This document shows, in pieces, positions 37,160 to 47,240 of a DNA stretch of 64,000 nt; within the stretch, counting starts at the first letter, position 1; each line of letters starts with the position of its first letter. The notes beneath the pieces were generated by a model that saw only the letters and a list, made by a program, of their open reading frames with translations, ran no database searches and was not told the origin of the DNA. Source of the DNA: an uncultured delta proteobacterium (GTDB lineage: Bacteria; Desulfobacterota; Syntrophia; Syntrophales; UBA5619); the NCBI GenBank assembly GCA_963817385.1, contig CAWFOM010000006.1, forward strand, positions 64,001 to 128,000, read 5' to 3'. The translations under genes were made by a program, and so were the position numbers.

Positions 37160-37363
37160 ATGTCTGAGGATAATTGGCTGCGAAGGCTTTCCCGGTCAGG
37201 GGATGACCGGTGGATAGGGGGTGTCTGCGGCGGACTGGGCGACCATACGCCGATCCCCTCCTGGGCGTGGCGGGTGCTGTTTTCCCTGCTCTTTTTTTGT
37301 TTTGGTACGGGATTGCTCTTGTATATCCTGTTGTGGGTGTTCATGCCGAAAGAACAGCCTTGA
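37160..37363 (+). CDS. PspC domain protein
   Basis: LSRSGDDRWIGGVCGGLG...YILLWVFMP. Confidence 0.9.
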   Translation: MSEDNWLRRLSRSGDDRWIGGVCGGLGDHTPIPSWAWRVLFSLLFFCFGTGLLLYILLWVFMPKEQP

Positions 37364-37593
37364 CGGCTTCGGGAAAAGTCCCTATGCTGCGCTCACATTG
37401 CAGCGCTTGTCGGCGCGGCGCACGCCGAAGTATACGCCTCATTCCGAGGGACCGGGAGCGCAACCCGGAAGCCCCGCTTGCGGGGCGAGGGGGCGCAATA
37501 AATAAAAGGATCTTCTTCCTTGCCGGGACTATCCGCACTGAGGGTGAAAAGTCAATTGCGTGCTTTGCCGCTGGAGCTTTTTCCCGAAGCCGC
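37361..37593 (+). repeat. MITE-like palindromic element, family A copy 2, with about 100 bp internal insert
   Basis: TIRs gacggcttcgggaaaag / ctttttcccgaagccgc; core tacgcctc and gcgtgctttg; begins at the pspC stop codon. Confidence 0.75.
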
Positions 37594-37655
37594 CTCGGAT
37601 TTGTTGCTTTGCCGAATTTGTTACAGGAACATCAATCTTAAAGGAGATAAAGACG

Positions 37656-37946
37656 ATGAAGAAATCCGATTTGATCATGGCGCTGTCCGAAAAGGAAAGC
37701 ATCCGGGAACAGGAGGCGTTTGAAATCGTGAATCTGGTATTTGACGGATTCACCGATACCCTCCGGAAGGGGGGGCGGATTGAAATCAGGGGATTCGGGA
37801 GTTTTACCATCCGCGACTATCCCCCTTATCTGGGAAAGAATCCGAAAACCGGGCAGCGCGTCAAGGTCGGCCCAAAGAAATTGCCCTACTTCAAGGTTGG
37901 AAAGGAATTGAAGGAAGGGGTTAACCATGGGAAAACAAGCAAGTAA
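37656..37946 (+). CDS. IHF beta/HU family DNA-binding protein
   Basis: MKKSDLI, IEIRGFGSF, GKNPKTG, FKVGKELK; AAGGAG RBS. Confidence 0.95.
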   Translation: MKKSDLIMALSEKESIREQEAFEIVNLVFDGFTDTLRKGGRIEIRGFGSFTIRDYPPYLGKNPKTGQRVKVGPKKLPYFKVGKELKEGVNHGKTSK

Positions 37947-37956
37947 TAGCGAAGTT

Positions 37957-39624
37957 TCAAACGGGAGGGCGTAAAATGCCTGCCGCCGAAAATGCGCCAT
38001 TGACGATGGTCGCGGCTTCCTGCTCAATCCTTCGCAGGTGCCCTTCCCCCAGGAAGCTCTCCGCGTAGATCTTGTAAATGTCCTCCGTGCCCGACGGGCG
38101 GGCGGCAAACCATCCGTTTGCGGCAACGACTTTGAGGCCCCCGATGTCGGCATTGTTGCCGGGTGCGCGGGTTAATGCGGCAAGGACAGGCTCGCCGGCA
38201 AGCTCTTTGGCGGTAATCATCCCGGCAGAAAGCCCTTTGAACGCCGCCTTCTGTTCGGGTGTTGCCGGGGTATCGAGACGCGCATAGAAAGCGACGCCGA
38301 ACCGGTTCTCAAGATCCCGGTAGGCCAAGGCGGGATCCTTGCCGGTTTTTGCCGTAAGCTCACAGGCGAGCAGATCCATGATGATGCCGTCCTTGTCCGT
38401 CGTCCATACCGTGCCATCCCTTCTGAGGAATGAAGCCCCGGCGCTCTCCTCCCCGCCGAAACCGGTGGAGCCTTCAAGGAGACCGGCCACGAACCATTTG
38501 AAGCCCACGGGAACCTCGCACAGCCGCCTCCCGAGATCCGCGGCGACGCGATCGAGCATGGATGTGGAGACCAGCGTTTTCCCCACCGCCGCATCCGTTC
38601 TCCACCCCGGTCGATTCCGGAAGAGGTACGCAACCGCGGCGGACAGGTAGTGGTTGGGATTCATCAGCCCCGCGCCCCGGGTGACGATGCCGTGGCGGTC
38701 AGCGTCCGTGTCGTTGCCGAAGGCGATGTCAAAATTGTCCTTCAACCGGATCAGGCCTTCCATGGCATAGGGCGAAGAGCAGTCCATCCGGATCTTACCG
38801 TCCCTGTCAACGGTCATGAAAGAGAACGTGGGGTCAACGACCCGGTTCACCACCGTAAGCGAAATGCCGTAGCGTTCGGCGATAGGGTCCCAGAAGTCCA
38901 CCGCCGCCCCCCCGAGCGGGTCCACGCCGATTCTGAGTCCTTCTGCCGCGATTGCTTCCATGTCGATGACATTCCGAAGATCTTCCACATAGGGGGTCAC
39001 ATAATCATATTCCTGGATCGATCCCGTTTTCAGCGCCCGTTCAAAAGGGACTCTGCGGATCTTCCCGATTCCCGAAGCAAGGAGTGCATTTGCCCGCTCT
39101 TCAATGATCCTGGTTGTTCCCGTATCCGCCGGTCCGCCTTCGGGCGGGTTGTACTTGAATCCGCCGTCCTCCGGCGGGTTGTGGGAAGGGGTAATGACCA
39201 CCCCGTCGGCGAACCCGTTTTTCCTGCCCCGGTTGTATGTCAGGATGGCATGCGATATGACCGGCGTCGGCGTGTACCGCAGAGCCCGCTGGATCATCAC
39301 GTCCATTCGGTGGGCGGCAAAGACCTCGATCGCGGTGGCCAGCGCCGCTTCGGACAGGGCATGGGTGTCCATGCCCATGAAGAGCGGTCCCTCGATCCCT
39401 TCTGATTTCCGGTATTCGCAGATGGCCTGACTGATCGCCAGGATGTGTCCCTCGTTGAAGCTGTTTCGGAAAGAGGACCCCCGGTGGCCCGACGTTCCGA
39501 ACGCGACCCGCTGAGCGGGATCCGCGGCGTCGGGCGTATGGGTGTAATATGCGGAGATGAGCCGCGGGATGTTGGCAAGGATGGATCTCGGCGCCGGCTT
39601 GCCGGCAAGCTCATGGACGCTCAT
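37957..39624 (-). CDS. pgm: Phosphoglucomutase (alpha-D-glucose phosphate-specific)
   Basis: [34 protein letters not shown]. Confidence 0.97.
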   Translation of the reverse strand: MSVHELAGKPAPRSILANIPRLISAYYTHTPDAADPAQRVAFGTSGHRGSSFRNSFNEGHILAISQAICEYRKSEGIEGPLFMGMDTHALSEAALATAIEVFAAHRMDVMIQRALRYTPTPVISHAILTYNRGRKNGFADGVVITPSHNPPEDGGFKYNPPEGGPADTGTTRIIEERANALLASGIGKIRRVPFERALKTGSIQEYDYVTPYVEDLRNVIDMEAIAAEGLRIGVDPLGGAAVDFWDPIAERYGISLTVVNRVVDPTFSFMTVDRDGKIRMDCSSPYAMEGLIRLKDNFDIAFGNDTDADRHGIVTRGAGLMNPNHYLSAAVAYLFRNRPGWRTDAAVGKTLVSTSMLDRVAADLGRRLCEVPVGFKWFVAGLLEGSTGFGGEESAGASFLRRDGTVWTTDKDGIIMDLLACELTAKTGKDPALAYRDLENRFGVAFYARLDTPATPEQKAAFKGLSAGMITAKELAGEPVLAALTRAPGNNADIGGLKVVAANGWFAARPSGTEDIYKIYAESFLGEGHLRRIEQEAATIVNGAFSAAGILRPPV

Positions 39625-41095
39625 GTTTCCCCTCCGATTGCTTGTTCACCGGTGAGTCCTTCGTTGCTTTTCCCCTGATCTGGATGATCTCCATGCGGTT
39701 GTTTGCCTCCGGGTGTTGCGATGACGGCCCTTCGGTCAGGATCGCAAGATCTCCTTCCATCTCATGCGTACTCACCCAATCTCGCAGATAAGAAGTCCAG
39801 TCCTTCGGGTGATCGGGCTCGTACAATGGATAAACCCCGCCGCTGAACAGGAGCTGCTGGCAGGTTGCCTCCCGGGAGCTTATCCCCACGATCCATACCG
39901 GGGGCTTGAAACGGGCGATGGAGCGGGCCGTCTGGCCGCTGTGGGTGGGAACAAATACGGCCGCCGGGGAGATGCGCTCCAGGGTCGACTCGACGCTCAA
40001 GGCGATCAGGTCCGTTATGCCGATCGGCACCGCGAGGCCGCGGTTCAGGAGAGCCTCCTTGAGATCGTGGCGCGAGCGGTGCGGCTCCGTTGCCGCGGCA
40101 ATCTTCGCCAGCATGGCTACGACCTCCACCGGATATTTCCCCATGGCCGACTCTTCCGAGAGCATGACGCAGTCCGTGCCATCGAGCACGGCGTTTGCCA
40201 CATCGGTCGACTCCGCCCGGGTGGGACGCCGGTTGTCCGTCATGGACTCCAGCATCTGCGTGGCGGTGATAACAGGTTTCCCCACGCTGTTTGCGCTGTG
40301 GATAAGCCGCTTCTGAACGATGGCGATCTGTTCGATCGGTATCTCCACCCCGAGGTCTCCCCGCGCAACCATGATGCCGTCCGCCGCCGCGAGGATATCG
40401 TCCATATGCTCCAGGGCCTTGGAGCGTTCGATCTTTGCGATGATGAACGGGTGGTAACCGAGTGCGGCAGCCGCCTTCCGCACGGCAATGATGTCTGCCG
40501 CATTCTCGATAAAGGACTGACTGACCGCATCCACCCCCTCGGTAAAGGCAAATTCCAGGCACTCCCGGTCGTGATCGGTAAAGGCGCTGATACCGAGGTC
40601 GATGCCGGGCAGGTTGAGACCTTTGTGGGAACGCAATTCCCCTCCCACGAGCACCCGGCAGGCGACCTCCTGGCCCTCCACGGTCAGTGTCTCAAGCTGG
40701 ATGAGGCCGTCATTCAAGAACAGGGTATCGCCGGGCCTAAGCGCCTGGGGGAGGCCGATGAAACTCACCGAAACCCGCTCGGCATCTCCGGTAATCGTCC
40801 GGGTGGTGAGCGTGAAGGAGGCCCCCGGCTGCAACTCGACGGGCTCGGCAGCCAGCCGGCCGATCCGCATCTTCGGACCGGGCAGGTCGGCCATGATGGC
40901 GATCCGCTTTCCTACCGCGGAGGCCGCCGCGCGGAGGTTGTCGATCACCCGTTTATGCCCGCCGAAATCGCCGTGCGCGAAATTGATTCGGGCCACATTC
41001 ATCCCGGCCTGTATCATCGCTTCCATGACCGCACATGACTCCGATGCCGGTCCGATGGTCGCCACAATTTTAGTTTTCTGTGCCGGAAGTTTCAT
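39611..41095 (-). CDS. pyk: Pyruvate kinase
   Basis: [39 protein letters not shown]. Confidence 0.97.
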   Translation of the reverse strand: MKLPAQKTKIVATIGPASESCAVMEAMIQAGMNVARINFAHGDFGGHKRVIDNLRAAASAVGKRIAIMADLPGPKMRIGRLAAEPVELQPGASFTLTTRTITGDAERVSVSFIGLPQALRPGDTLFLNDGLIQLETLTVEGQEVACRVLVGGELRSHKGLNLPGIDLGISAFTDHDRECLEFAFTEGVDAVSQSFIENAADIIAVRKAAAALGYHPFIIAKIERSKALEHMDDILAAADGIMVARGDLGVEIPIEQIAIVQKRLIHSANSVGKPVITATQMLESMTDNRRPTRAESTDVANAVLDGTDCVMLSEESAMGKYPVEVVAMLAKIAAATEPHRSRHDLKEALLNRGLAVPIGITDLIALSVESTLERISPAAVFVPTHSGQTARSIARFKPPVWIVGISSREATCQQLLFSGGVYPLYEPDHPKDWTSYLRDWVSTHEMEGDLAILTEGPSSQHPEANNRMEIIQIRGKATKDSPVNKQSEGKHERP

Positions 41096-41186
41096 GAGGA
41101 GCTTTCTCCTTATTCGGTGCTCGCCAAAGGTTTTCGTGACATTCTTGCCATCATGATACTCCTAACGAAGAAGTTATGCATCACTC

Positions 41187-41306
41187 ATTGAAGCCCTCCT
41201 TGAGCAAGCTGCGGAGAATCTCCGATTCTTCAGAGGAACAAACCATTTCATTAGTGCGCGCATTTCCCGCGGCAAGCCGCGGTGCGTGCGCTCGCGGGTG
41301 GATTCA
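41187..41306 (+). repeat. REP-like element, family B, two GCAAG-loop hairpin units
   Basis: attgaagccctcc..gcaagctgcggagaatct and ccgcggcaagccgcgg (41267-41282); matches reverse complement of 18228-18263. Confidence 0.65.
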
Positions 41307-41324
41307 CTCAACGGGGAGAAACGT

Positions 41325-43226
41325 TCACTCGCCGGACTGAAGGGCCATCTCCTCCAGCAGCTCCCAACGGGCATAGGACGCAGACAGATCCAACTCCACC
41401 TGATCCAGCCTGGTCTGCAGCCGGACGATATCTTCTCCCGAGGTTTTGTACAGGGCCGGATCGGCCATGGCGGCATACAGGGCTTGTTGCTCCTTCTCGA
41501 GTGCTGCAATCGTGTCCGGCAGTTTTTCGCGTTCGAGCTGTTCCTTGAACGTGAGCCTGCGGGGGCCGGTGGGTGAGCTGCGGGGCTTCGCCTTTTTCGG
41601 TTTCTGTATGGGGGCGCTTCCCGACTCCGCCGGAGGACGCTGGCGCAGCCAGTCGTCATAGCCGCCGCAATATTCCCGCACGGTGCCCTCACCTTCAAAG
41701 ACGAGGGTGGAGGTGGCGACATTGTTCAGGAAGGCACGGTCATGGCTTACCATGAGGATGGTCCCGGAATAATCGATCAGCATCGCCTCCAGCAGTTCGA
41801 GCGTTTCCGCATCCAGGTCGTTGGTGGGCTCGTCCAGGACCAGCACATTGGATGGTCGGGTGAAGAGTTTGGCCAGCAGGAGGCGGTTGCGCTCCCCTCC
41901 CGACAGCGAGGTGATGGGGGCCCGGGCCTGGACGGCGGTAAAGAGGAAGTCCTGGAGATAGCCGATGACATTCCGCGGTTTGCCGTTGACCAGGACCGTA
42001 TCGCCGTCATTGACGACGTTCTGCTGGAGGGTTTTGTCCTCATCGAGCTGTGCCCGGAGCTGATCGAAATAGGCCACTTGCAGGTTCATCCCATGCCGTA
42101 CGCTCCCGCTGTCCGGTCGTATCTCTCCTAACAGGATGCGCAGGAGCGTGGTCTTCCCGCAGCCATTGGGCCCGATGATCCCGACCTTATCGTCCCGCAT
42201 GATGGTGGTGGAAAAATCCGCCAGAATCGGACTCTCACCATAGGAAAAAGTGATCTTCCCGGCTTCGATGACCAGACGTCCCGACCGTTCGGCTTCCTGC
42301 TGTACGAGGCGCACATTGCCGATTGCTCGGCGGCGCCGCGCGACCTCCGCGCGCATCTCCATCAGAGCCCGCACCCGGCCTTCGTTGCGGGTGCGGCGGG
42401 CCTTGACACCCTGCCGGATCCAGGTCTCTTCCCGTTTGACCCGGTTGTCGAACCGGGCATTCTGAGCCGCTTCAAGATCGAGGAGTTCCTCCTTGCGTCC
42501 GATGTAGTTCTCATAATCGCCGGGAAAGGAGATCAGCTTGCCCCGGTCGATCTCCACGATGCGCGTGGCCAGGCGTCCGAGGAAGGCCCGATCGTGGGTG
42601 ACGAAAAGCAACGTCCTGACGAAACGCAGGAGAAACTCTTCCATCCAAAGGATGGCATCTATGTCCAGGTGGTTTGTCGGCTCGTCCAGGAGCAGGATGT
42701 CGGGATCGCCCGCGAGCGCCCGCGCGAGGGAGACCCGCCGTTTGAGACCGGCGGAGAGCGTACGGCATTGGGCCTCTTCATCGAGCCCCGTGCGGGAAAT
42801 GACCGTCCGGATCTGCTGGTGCATCTGCCAGGCGCCGGCCGCCTCGAGGTCGCACCGCAGCCGGTCGCGGCTTTCCAAAAGGTCCCGGTAACCCGCCCCA
42901 TCAGGCTCACGGCTGATCCGGTGATACTTGCCGAGCAAGGCAATAGAGTGCGGCTGCCCGGCGGCGACGCAATCGTAGACGGTGCCGTCGAGGTCGAGCG
43001 GCACCTCCTGGGCCAGAAGGGCGGTTTTCAGTCCCGGGGAGCGGGTGAGAGTGCCGCTGTCGGGCGGCAGATCGCCGTTGACCAGCTTCAGCAGGGTGGA
43101 CTTACCCGCGCCGTTGCGGCCGATCAGGCAGATGCGCTCCCCGCGTTCGATCTGCAGATCCGTCCCGTCGAGGAGCGCCTCTCCGCCGAAGCCGAGGCTC
43201 ACCTCCTTCAAGGTTACCAGTGCCAT
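41325..43226 (-). CDS. uup: ABC-F ATPase Uup
   Basis: Two ABC cassettes, linker WIRQGVKARRTRNEGRVRAL, C-terminal coiled coil ending YARWELLE. Confidence 0.93.
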   Translation of the reverse strand: MALVTLKEVSLGFGGEALLDGTDLQIERGERICLIGRNGAGKSTLLKLVNGDLPPDSGTLTRSPGLKTALLAQEVPLDLDGTVYDCVAAGQPHSIALLGKYHRISREPDGAGYRDLLESRDRLRCDLEAAGAWQMHQQIRTVISRTGLDEEAQCRTLSAGLKRRVSLARALAGDPDILLLDEPTNHLDIDAILWMEEFLLRFVRTLLFVTHDRAFLGRLATRIVEIDRGKLISFPGDYENYIGRKEELLDLEAAQNARFDNRVKREETWIRQGVKARRTRNEGRVRALMEMRAEVARRRRAIGNVRLVQQEAERSGRLVIEAGKITFSYGESPILADFSTTIMRDDKVGIIGPNGCGKTTLLRILLGEIRPDSGSVRHGMNLQVAYFDQLRAQLDEDKTLQQNVVNDGDTVLVNGKPRNVIGYLQDFLFTAVQARAPITSLSGGERNRLLLAKLFTRPSNVLVLDEPTNDLDAETLELLEAMLIDYSGTILMVSHDRAFLNNVATSTLVFEGEGTVREYCGGYDDWLRQRPPAESGSAPIQKPKKAKPRSSPTGPRRLTFKEQLEREKLPDTIAALEKEQQALYAAMADPALYKTSGEDIVRLQTRLDQVELDLSASYARWELLEEMALQSGE

Positions 43227-43242
43227 CTGCTCGTCCTTATCG

Positions 43243-43414
43243 GGCTGTTGAAAAATGTTCATCTACTCAGCGTTGCGCTCCAAACCTCCCCGGATCGAGT
43301 CCGGGGCAGGTGTGCTCAACGTATATTACTATACGCCTCGCTCGTGAAGTCATTGCGCGCCTTGCATCTAACCGTTTTTGAACAGCCTGCAAACCAGGGT
43401 GTTTTTCAACACCC
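43243..43414 (+). repeat. MITE-like palindromic element, family A copy 3, with different TIRs and a nested hairpin
   Basis: ggctgttgaaaaa / tttttgaacagcc plus a second end gtttttcaacaccc; core gcgttgcgct..cgta..tacgcctc..gcgcgccttg; nested ccccggatcgagtccgggg. Confidence 0.75.
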
Positions 43415-43500
43415 TTCTATAGGCTCGGTTTCACTATGCCGGCCGGCTTGCCTGAAGTCGCCCACTGCCGTGAAACAACCTGCGCTTGACTGTGCGGCAT

Positions 43501-44244
43501 TCAGTCCGCCTCATGAAAAAGGCCGGACGCCATCCGGGTGCGGCCCCGGACATAGGCGTCATCCTCGTGAAGCTCCGGGCCTTGAGCCGCCGCAGTGGCA
43601 AGCGCATCGCAACGCTCGTTTTCCGGTTGGCCGGCATGCCCCCGCACCCAGACGAACTCCACGCGGTGCCGATCGCACAGCTCCAGCAGTTGTTCCCACA
43701 GGTCGCTGTTCTCGGCTGCTTCGCTTTTGGTGCGCATCCAGTTGTTGGCGCGCCATTTGCGGGCCCAACCTTTCCTGATCCCGTTTACCACGTAGCTCGA
43801 ATCGCTGTACAGGATCACGGTGGATGGGGTTTTAAGCACCCTGAGCGCCGCAATACAGGAGGTTAGCTCCATGCGGTTGTTGGTAGTCAGGCGAAACCCT
43901 TCCGAGAGCTCGATCCGCCTCTCCCCGTCGATGATGATGGCACCGTACCCCCCCGGTCCCGGATTGCCCCGGCACCCCCCGTCGGTATAAATGGTGATCG
44001 TTTCCGGCGCACGGGTGGATGCGGCAGGGGCGGGTGAGCCGCCATTCGCCTTGCCGGACGAAGCCTTGGCGGAGACCGGATTTTCCAGCCACTGCCGTGC
44101 CTCGGTCAGAGAGGCGAACCCCCGGTACAAAGCCCCGGCAACGCCGCGGATCTGCACCTCGGCGCCCTCCGCACCGAACCAGGCGGTGTATATGCCGGGC
44201 CGGATACCCCGGGCGACGGCATAGTATTTTTTTGATTTCCCCAT
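43501..44244 (-). CDS. rnhA: Ribonuclease HI with N-terminal hybrid-binding domain
   Basis: YYAVARGIRPGIY..W; YTDGGCRGNPGPGG, TTNNRMEL, WVRGHAG..NERCD. Confidence 0.96.
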   Translation of the reverse strand: MGKSKKYYAVARGIRPGIYTAWFGAEGAEVQIRGVAGALYRGFASLTEARQWLENPVSAKASSGKANGGSPAPAASTRAPETITIYTDGGCRGNPGPGGYGAIIIDGERRIELSEGFRLTTNNRMELTSCIAALRVLKTPSTVILYSDSSYVVNGIRKGWARKWRANNWMRTKSEAAENSDLWEQLLELCDRHRVEFVWVRGHAGQPENERCDALATAAAQGPELHEDDAYVRGRTRMASGLFHEAD

Positions 44245-44676
44245 GCGATTACTCCCGACGGGTTCCCGTTTCTTGGATTGCAGATCGGTCATGAACACCC
44301 TACCGCGTGCTTCATTGATTGCGCGCTCTCCCTATACAAAGTGATCCTTATCATCACAAAAAAAATCACGCAATGATATTCACCTGCAGCGCATTTCCGG
44401 AAGCGTCCTTCGTTGCGGCAGTTTTGAGGATCGGGGACAAACCTCGCGCATGCAAGGGATTTCAGTGAAACAAGTCGGCTCTTATTCGTTTGGCGTAGTG
44501 CACGGCAAAGGTACTCCTCCGGGGTGGCCGGCCTGTTTGCGGAGAGCCTGGGCGGACACATCCTGCGTGCACTTGGTGCCATGCGTACCTGGGCGGGCCC
44601 TCTGAACATCCAAACTTATGGTGAGAAATATTTTGTTGACAAGCATTGATTTTTTGTGCTTAAGACGTATCCAAGC

Positions 44677-44693
44677 TGTATACCGATATCGGT
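44677..44693. promoter_or_regulatory. Candidate operator upstream of the GntR cluster
   Basis: tgtat overlapping the perfect palindrome accgatatcggt, downstream of TTGACA at 44636. Confidence 0.4.
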
Positions 44694-45003
44694 GAGACAC
44701 ATCCAAGCCATCATTTCGGCCCTAATGAACCAGAAGTGCCTAGCATAATAAGATATTCTTTGATGCACTGTTCGTGGGAATGGTCTTACGCGCCTATCAA
44801 TGAGTGAACCTGCAAGCCGTTCCGTTGCTTATGACGCTCGGCAGGGTATCACGTGAGCGTCCTCGGGCTCCGACGGTAATTGCCTCCCTGCTGGACTCAG
44901 CGGGTGAAAGTCATGTGCAACATGCCCGTATGTCGACTATTTATATGATTACTCCATTTTTGTATGCAGGATTATTTATTGTTCGGGGGAGGAAGAGACG
45001 AAA

Positions 45004-45663
45004 TTGCCCAGAATAAGAGATATCCAGAAGGGACCTGTTCTATGGTCCGAGAGGGCGTATTCCCTGATCAAAAAGATGATTTTGGAAAGAAATATCTCAC
45101 CGAAAGAGCCCCTTTCCGAATCAAAACTGGCCTCGATTCTTGGGATCAGCAGGACCCCGGTCAGGGAAGCCCTCAAGAAGCTGAAGGGTGAGGGCATTAT
45201 TATTTCATCGGACAAGAAAGGATATTTTCTCAATGTTCCGACGGCGAATGAAATTAAGGATTTGTATGAAGTCAGGGCCATCTTGGAACTTGCCGCGGTG
45301 AAATTTGCTATTCAGCGGCTCGATTCCGATGAGATAGAGGAGTTTGAGAAGAAATTATTAAAGTTCAAGGCGGAATTGAATAACGGTGATGAAGGGAAAA
45401 GTGATCTGGTCAAGTTGGGAAAAGAGTTGCACTTCTTTATTATCGAAAGGGCAGGGAATAGAAAATTGGAGGAGTTGGTCAAGACGCTGTATGAGCAAAT
45501 TGAGATGAGCAGGGTATATTCCTACTATAAGCAGAGAAAAGTATCGGTTGATGAGCATATAAAAATCGCCAACGCCTTGAAGGAAAGAGACTTGGAGAAG
45601 AGCCAAGCGAGCCTGGAGGAGCATTTTAAGAATGCGTTTGAAATGTTAATGAAGATTCTTTGA
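45004..45663 (+). CDS. GntR-family (FCD) transcriptional regulator
   Basis: LSESKLASILGISRTPVREAL HTH; YEVRAILE, LHFFI, DEH; low GC; TTG start. Confidence 0.93.
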   Translation: MPRIRDIQKGPVLWSERAYSLIKKMILERNISPKEPLSESKLASILGISRTPVREALKKLKGEGIIISSDKKGYFLNVPTANEIKDLYEVRAILELAAVKFAIQRLDSDEIEEFEKKLLKFKAELNNGDEGKSDLVKLGKELHFFIIERAGNRKLEELVKTLYEQIEMSRVYSYYKQRKVSVDEHIKIANALKERDLEKSQASLEEHFKNAFEMLMKIL

Positions 45664-45796
45664 AATTGATGCGATTATGAGTGACGGCCATGTTGATGAA
45701 GAGACGTCATGGCCGTCAAGGAGAATGTACGGGAGGTGAGTCAGCGGAGAATTCGTCAATTACTTGCACAACCTACGAGAAGAAAGGGGGAACGAA

Positions 45797-46771
45797 ATGA
45801 AAAAGGTTCATACATTATTTACGATCTTCGTTTTAGCGTCCATGATTTTAGGGACAACAGCCCCGGCGGTGGCAGCCTATCCGGAGAAACCTATCGAGTT
45901 TGTCACTCACAGCGCTCCAGGAGGCGGTTCCGATATCTTTGCGCGACGTGTCGCCGATATGGCGGCGCAGGCGAAGATTTTTCCGGTCCCGTTGGTGGTT
46001 GTGAATAAACCGGGGGGAAGCGGCGCCGTAGCCACTGGCTATGTGGCCACCAAGAAGGACGACCCCTACATGATCTTTGCGACAACGATTTCCATCTATA
46101 CCACCTTGGCGAAGGGAGAGGTGAAAGTGACTCTCGGTGACTACACGCCGATTTGTGCGTTGGTACAGGATCCCAATATCCTCGCCGTCAGGACTGAAGC
46201 CCCCTATAAGAATGTAAAGGAATTCATCGCCGCGGCAAAACAAAAGCGCAAAGGGTTGAACCAGGGATTGGCCTCTTTGGGAGCCACGGACCACATTCTC
46301 TCCCATAGGATTCAGAAGATTACGGGAGCGGAGTTCAACATCGTTTCGTTCAAGCAGGGGACAGAGGCCAATATGGCCCTGCTGGGGGGGCATGTGGATT
46401 TTGGCCTCGGCAATCCGAGCGAAATGGCCGGGCAGATGGAAGCAGGCAAACTCCGCGCCTTGGCCACCGCCACCGACAAGAGACTCCCCTACCTGCCGAA
46501 AGTTCCCACCTTGAAGGAAGAGGGAATCGATGTGTCGATTGCCCAAATCCGCGGTATATGGGGCACGAAGAATATGCCCAAGGAGGTGGTGCAATATTTG
46601 GAAACGGCTTTCAATAGGCTGACCAAGACGGAAGCCTGGAAGAAATATCTGGAGGACGAGTTGGTCCTGGATGCCTTCATGGGGAGCGCCGAATACAGCA
46701 AATGGTTGGAAAAGGAATTGAAGAACTACACGCAGGAATTGACCGAATTGGGCTTAATCAAAAAGAAATGA
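45797..46771 (+). CDS. tctC: Tripartite tricarboxylate transporter substrate-binding protein (copy 1)
   Basis: Signal peptide, YPEKPIEF, PGGGSDIFAR, NKPGGSG, VPTLKEEG. Confidence 0.93.
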   Translation: MKKVHTLFTIFVLASMILGTTAPAVAAYPEKPIEFVTHSAPGGGSDIFARRVADMAAQAKIFPVPLVVVNKPGGSGAVATGYVATKKDDPYMIFATTISIYTTLAKGEVKVTLGDYTPICALVQDPNILAVRTEAPYKNVKEFIAAAKQKRKGLNQGLASLGATDHILSHRIQKITGAEFNIVSFKQGTEANMALLGGHVDFGLGNPSEMAGQMEAGKLRALATATDKRLPYLPKVPTLKEEGIDVSIAQIRGIWGTKNMPKEVVQYLETAFNRLTKTEAWKKYLEDELVLDAFMGSAEYSKWLEKELKNYTQELTELGLIKKK

Positions 46772-46791
46772 AGGAGGGAGTTCGAAAGTCC

Positions 46792-47213
46792 ATGGGCTTC
46801 AAATCCGCCACGGTTTCCGGCGCCGGGGTTTCGGAGTCCCGGATGTGCGTGCCGGACATGGGCATCATGGGGTTGGCCGACAGCGTCGACCAGTTCCGCA
46901 ACATCGCCCGGTGCGTCGACATCCCGCTGAAGGCGGATGCCGATACCGGATATGGGAATGCCGTCAACGTCTACTTCGCCATCCAGGCATACGAGCAGGC
47001 AGGCGCAGCCTGCATCATGCTTGAAGACCAGGTTTGGCCCGAGCGTTGGAAGTCCTCCGGGAATCGAACCGAACCGGAGAGGCGTGCGACCGACCGGATC
47101 TGTGCATCGACTTCGAGGAACATTCCGCCCTCATGGGGCTCCCGCGAATCAAGGAGCTGGAAGACCGTTTCCTCACGGAAGAGGTCCTGACGGATAAATA
47201 CGGGCGGTGCTGA
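46792..47213 (+). pseudogene. Internally deleted isocitrate lyase/PEP mutase-family (PrpB-like) remnant
   Basis: PDMG, IPLKADADTGYGNAVNV, LEDQVWP; breaks where KRCGH is expected; tail IDFEEHSALMGLPRIKELEDRF in another frame. Confidence 0.85.
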
Positions 47214-47240
47214 GAAAGAAATGAACGAAAGGAGGATCAA

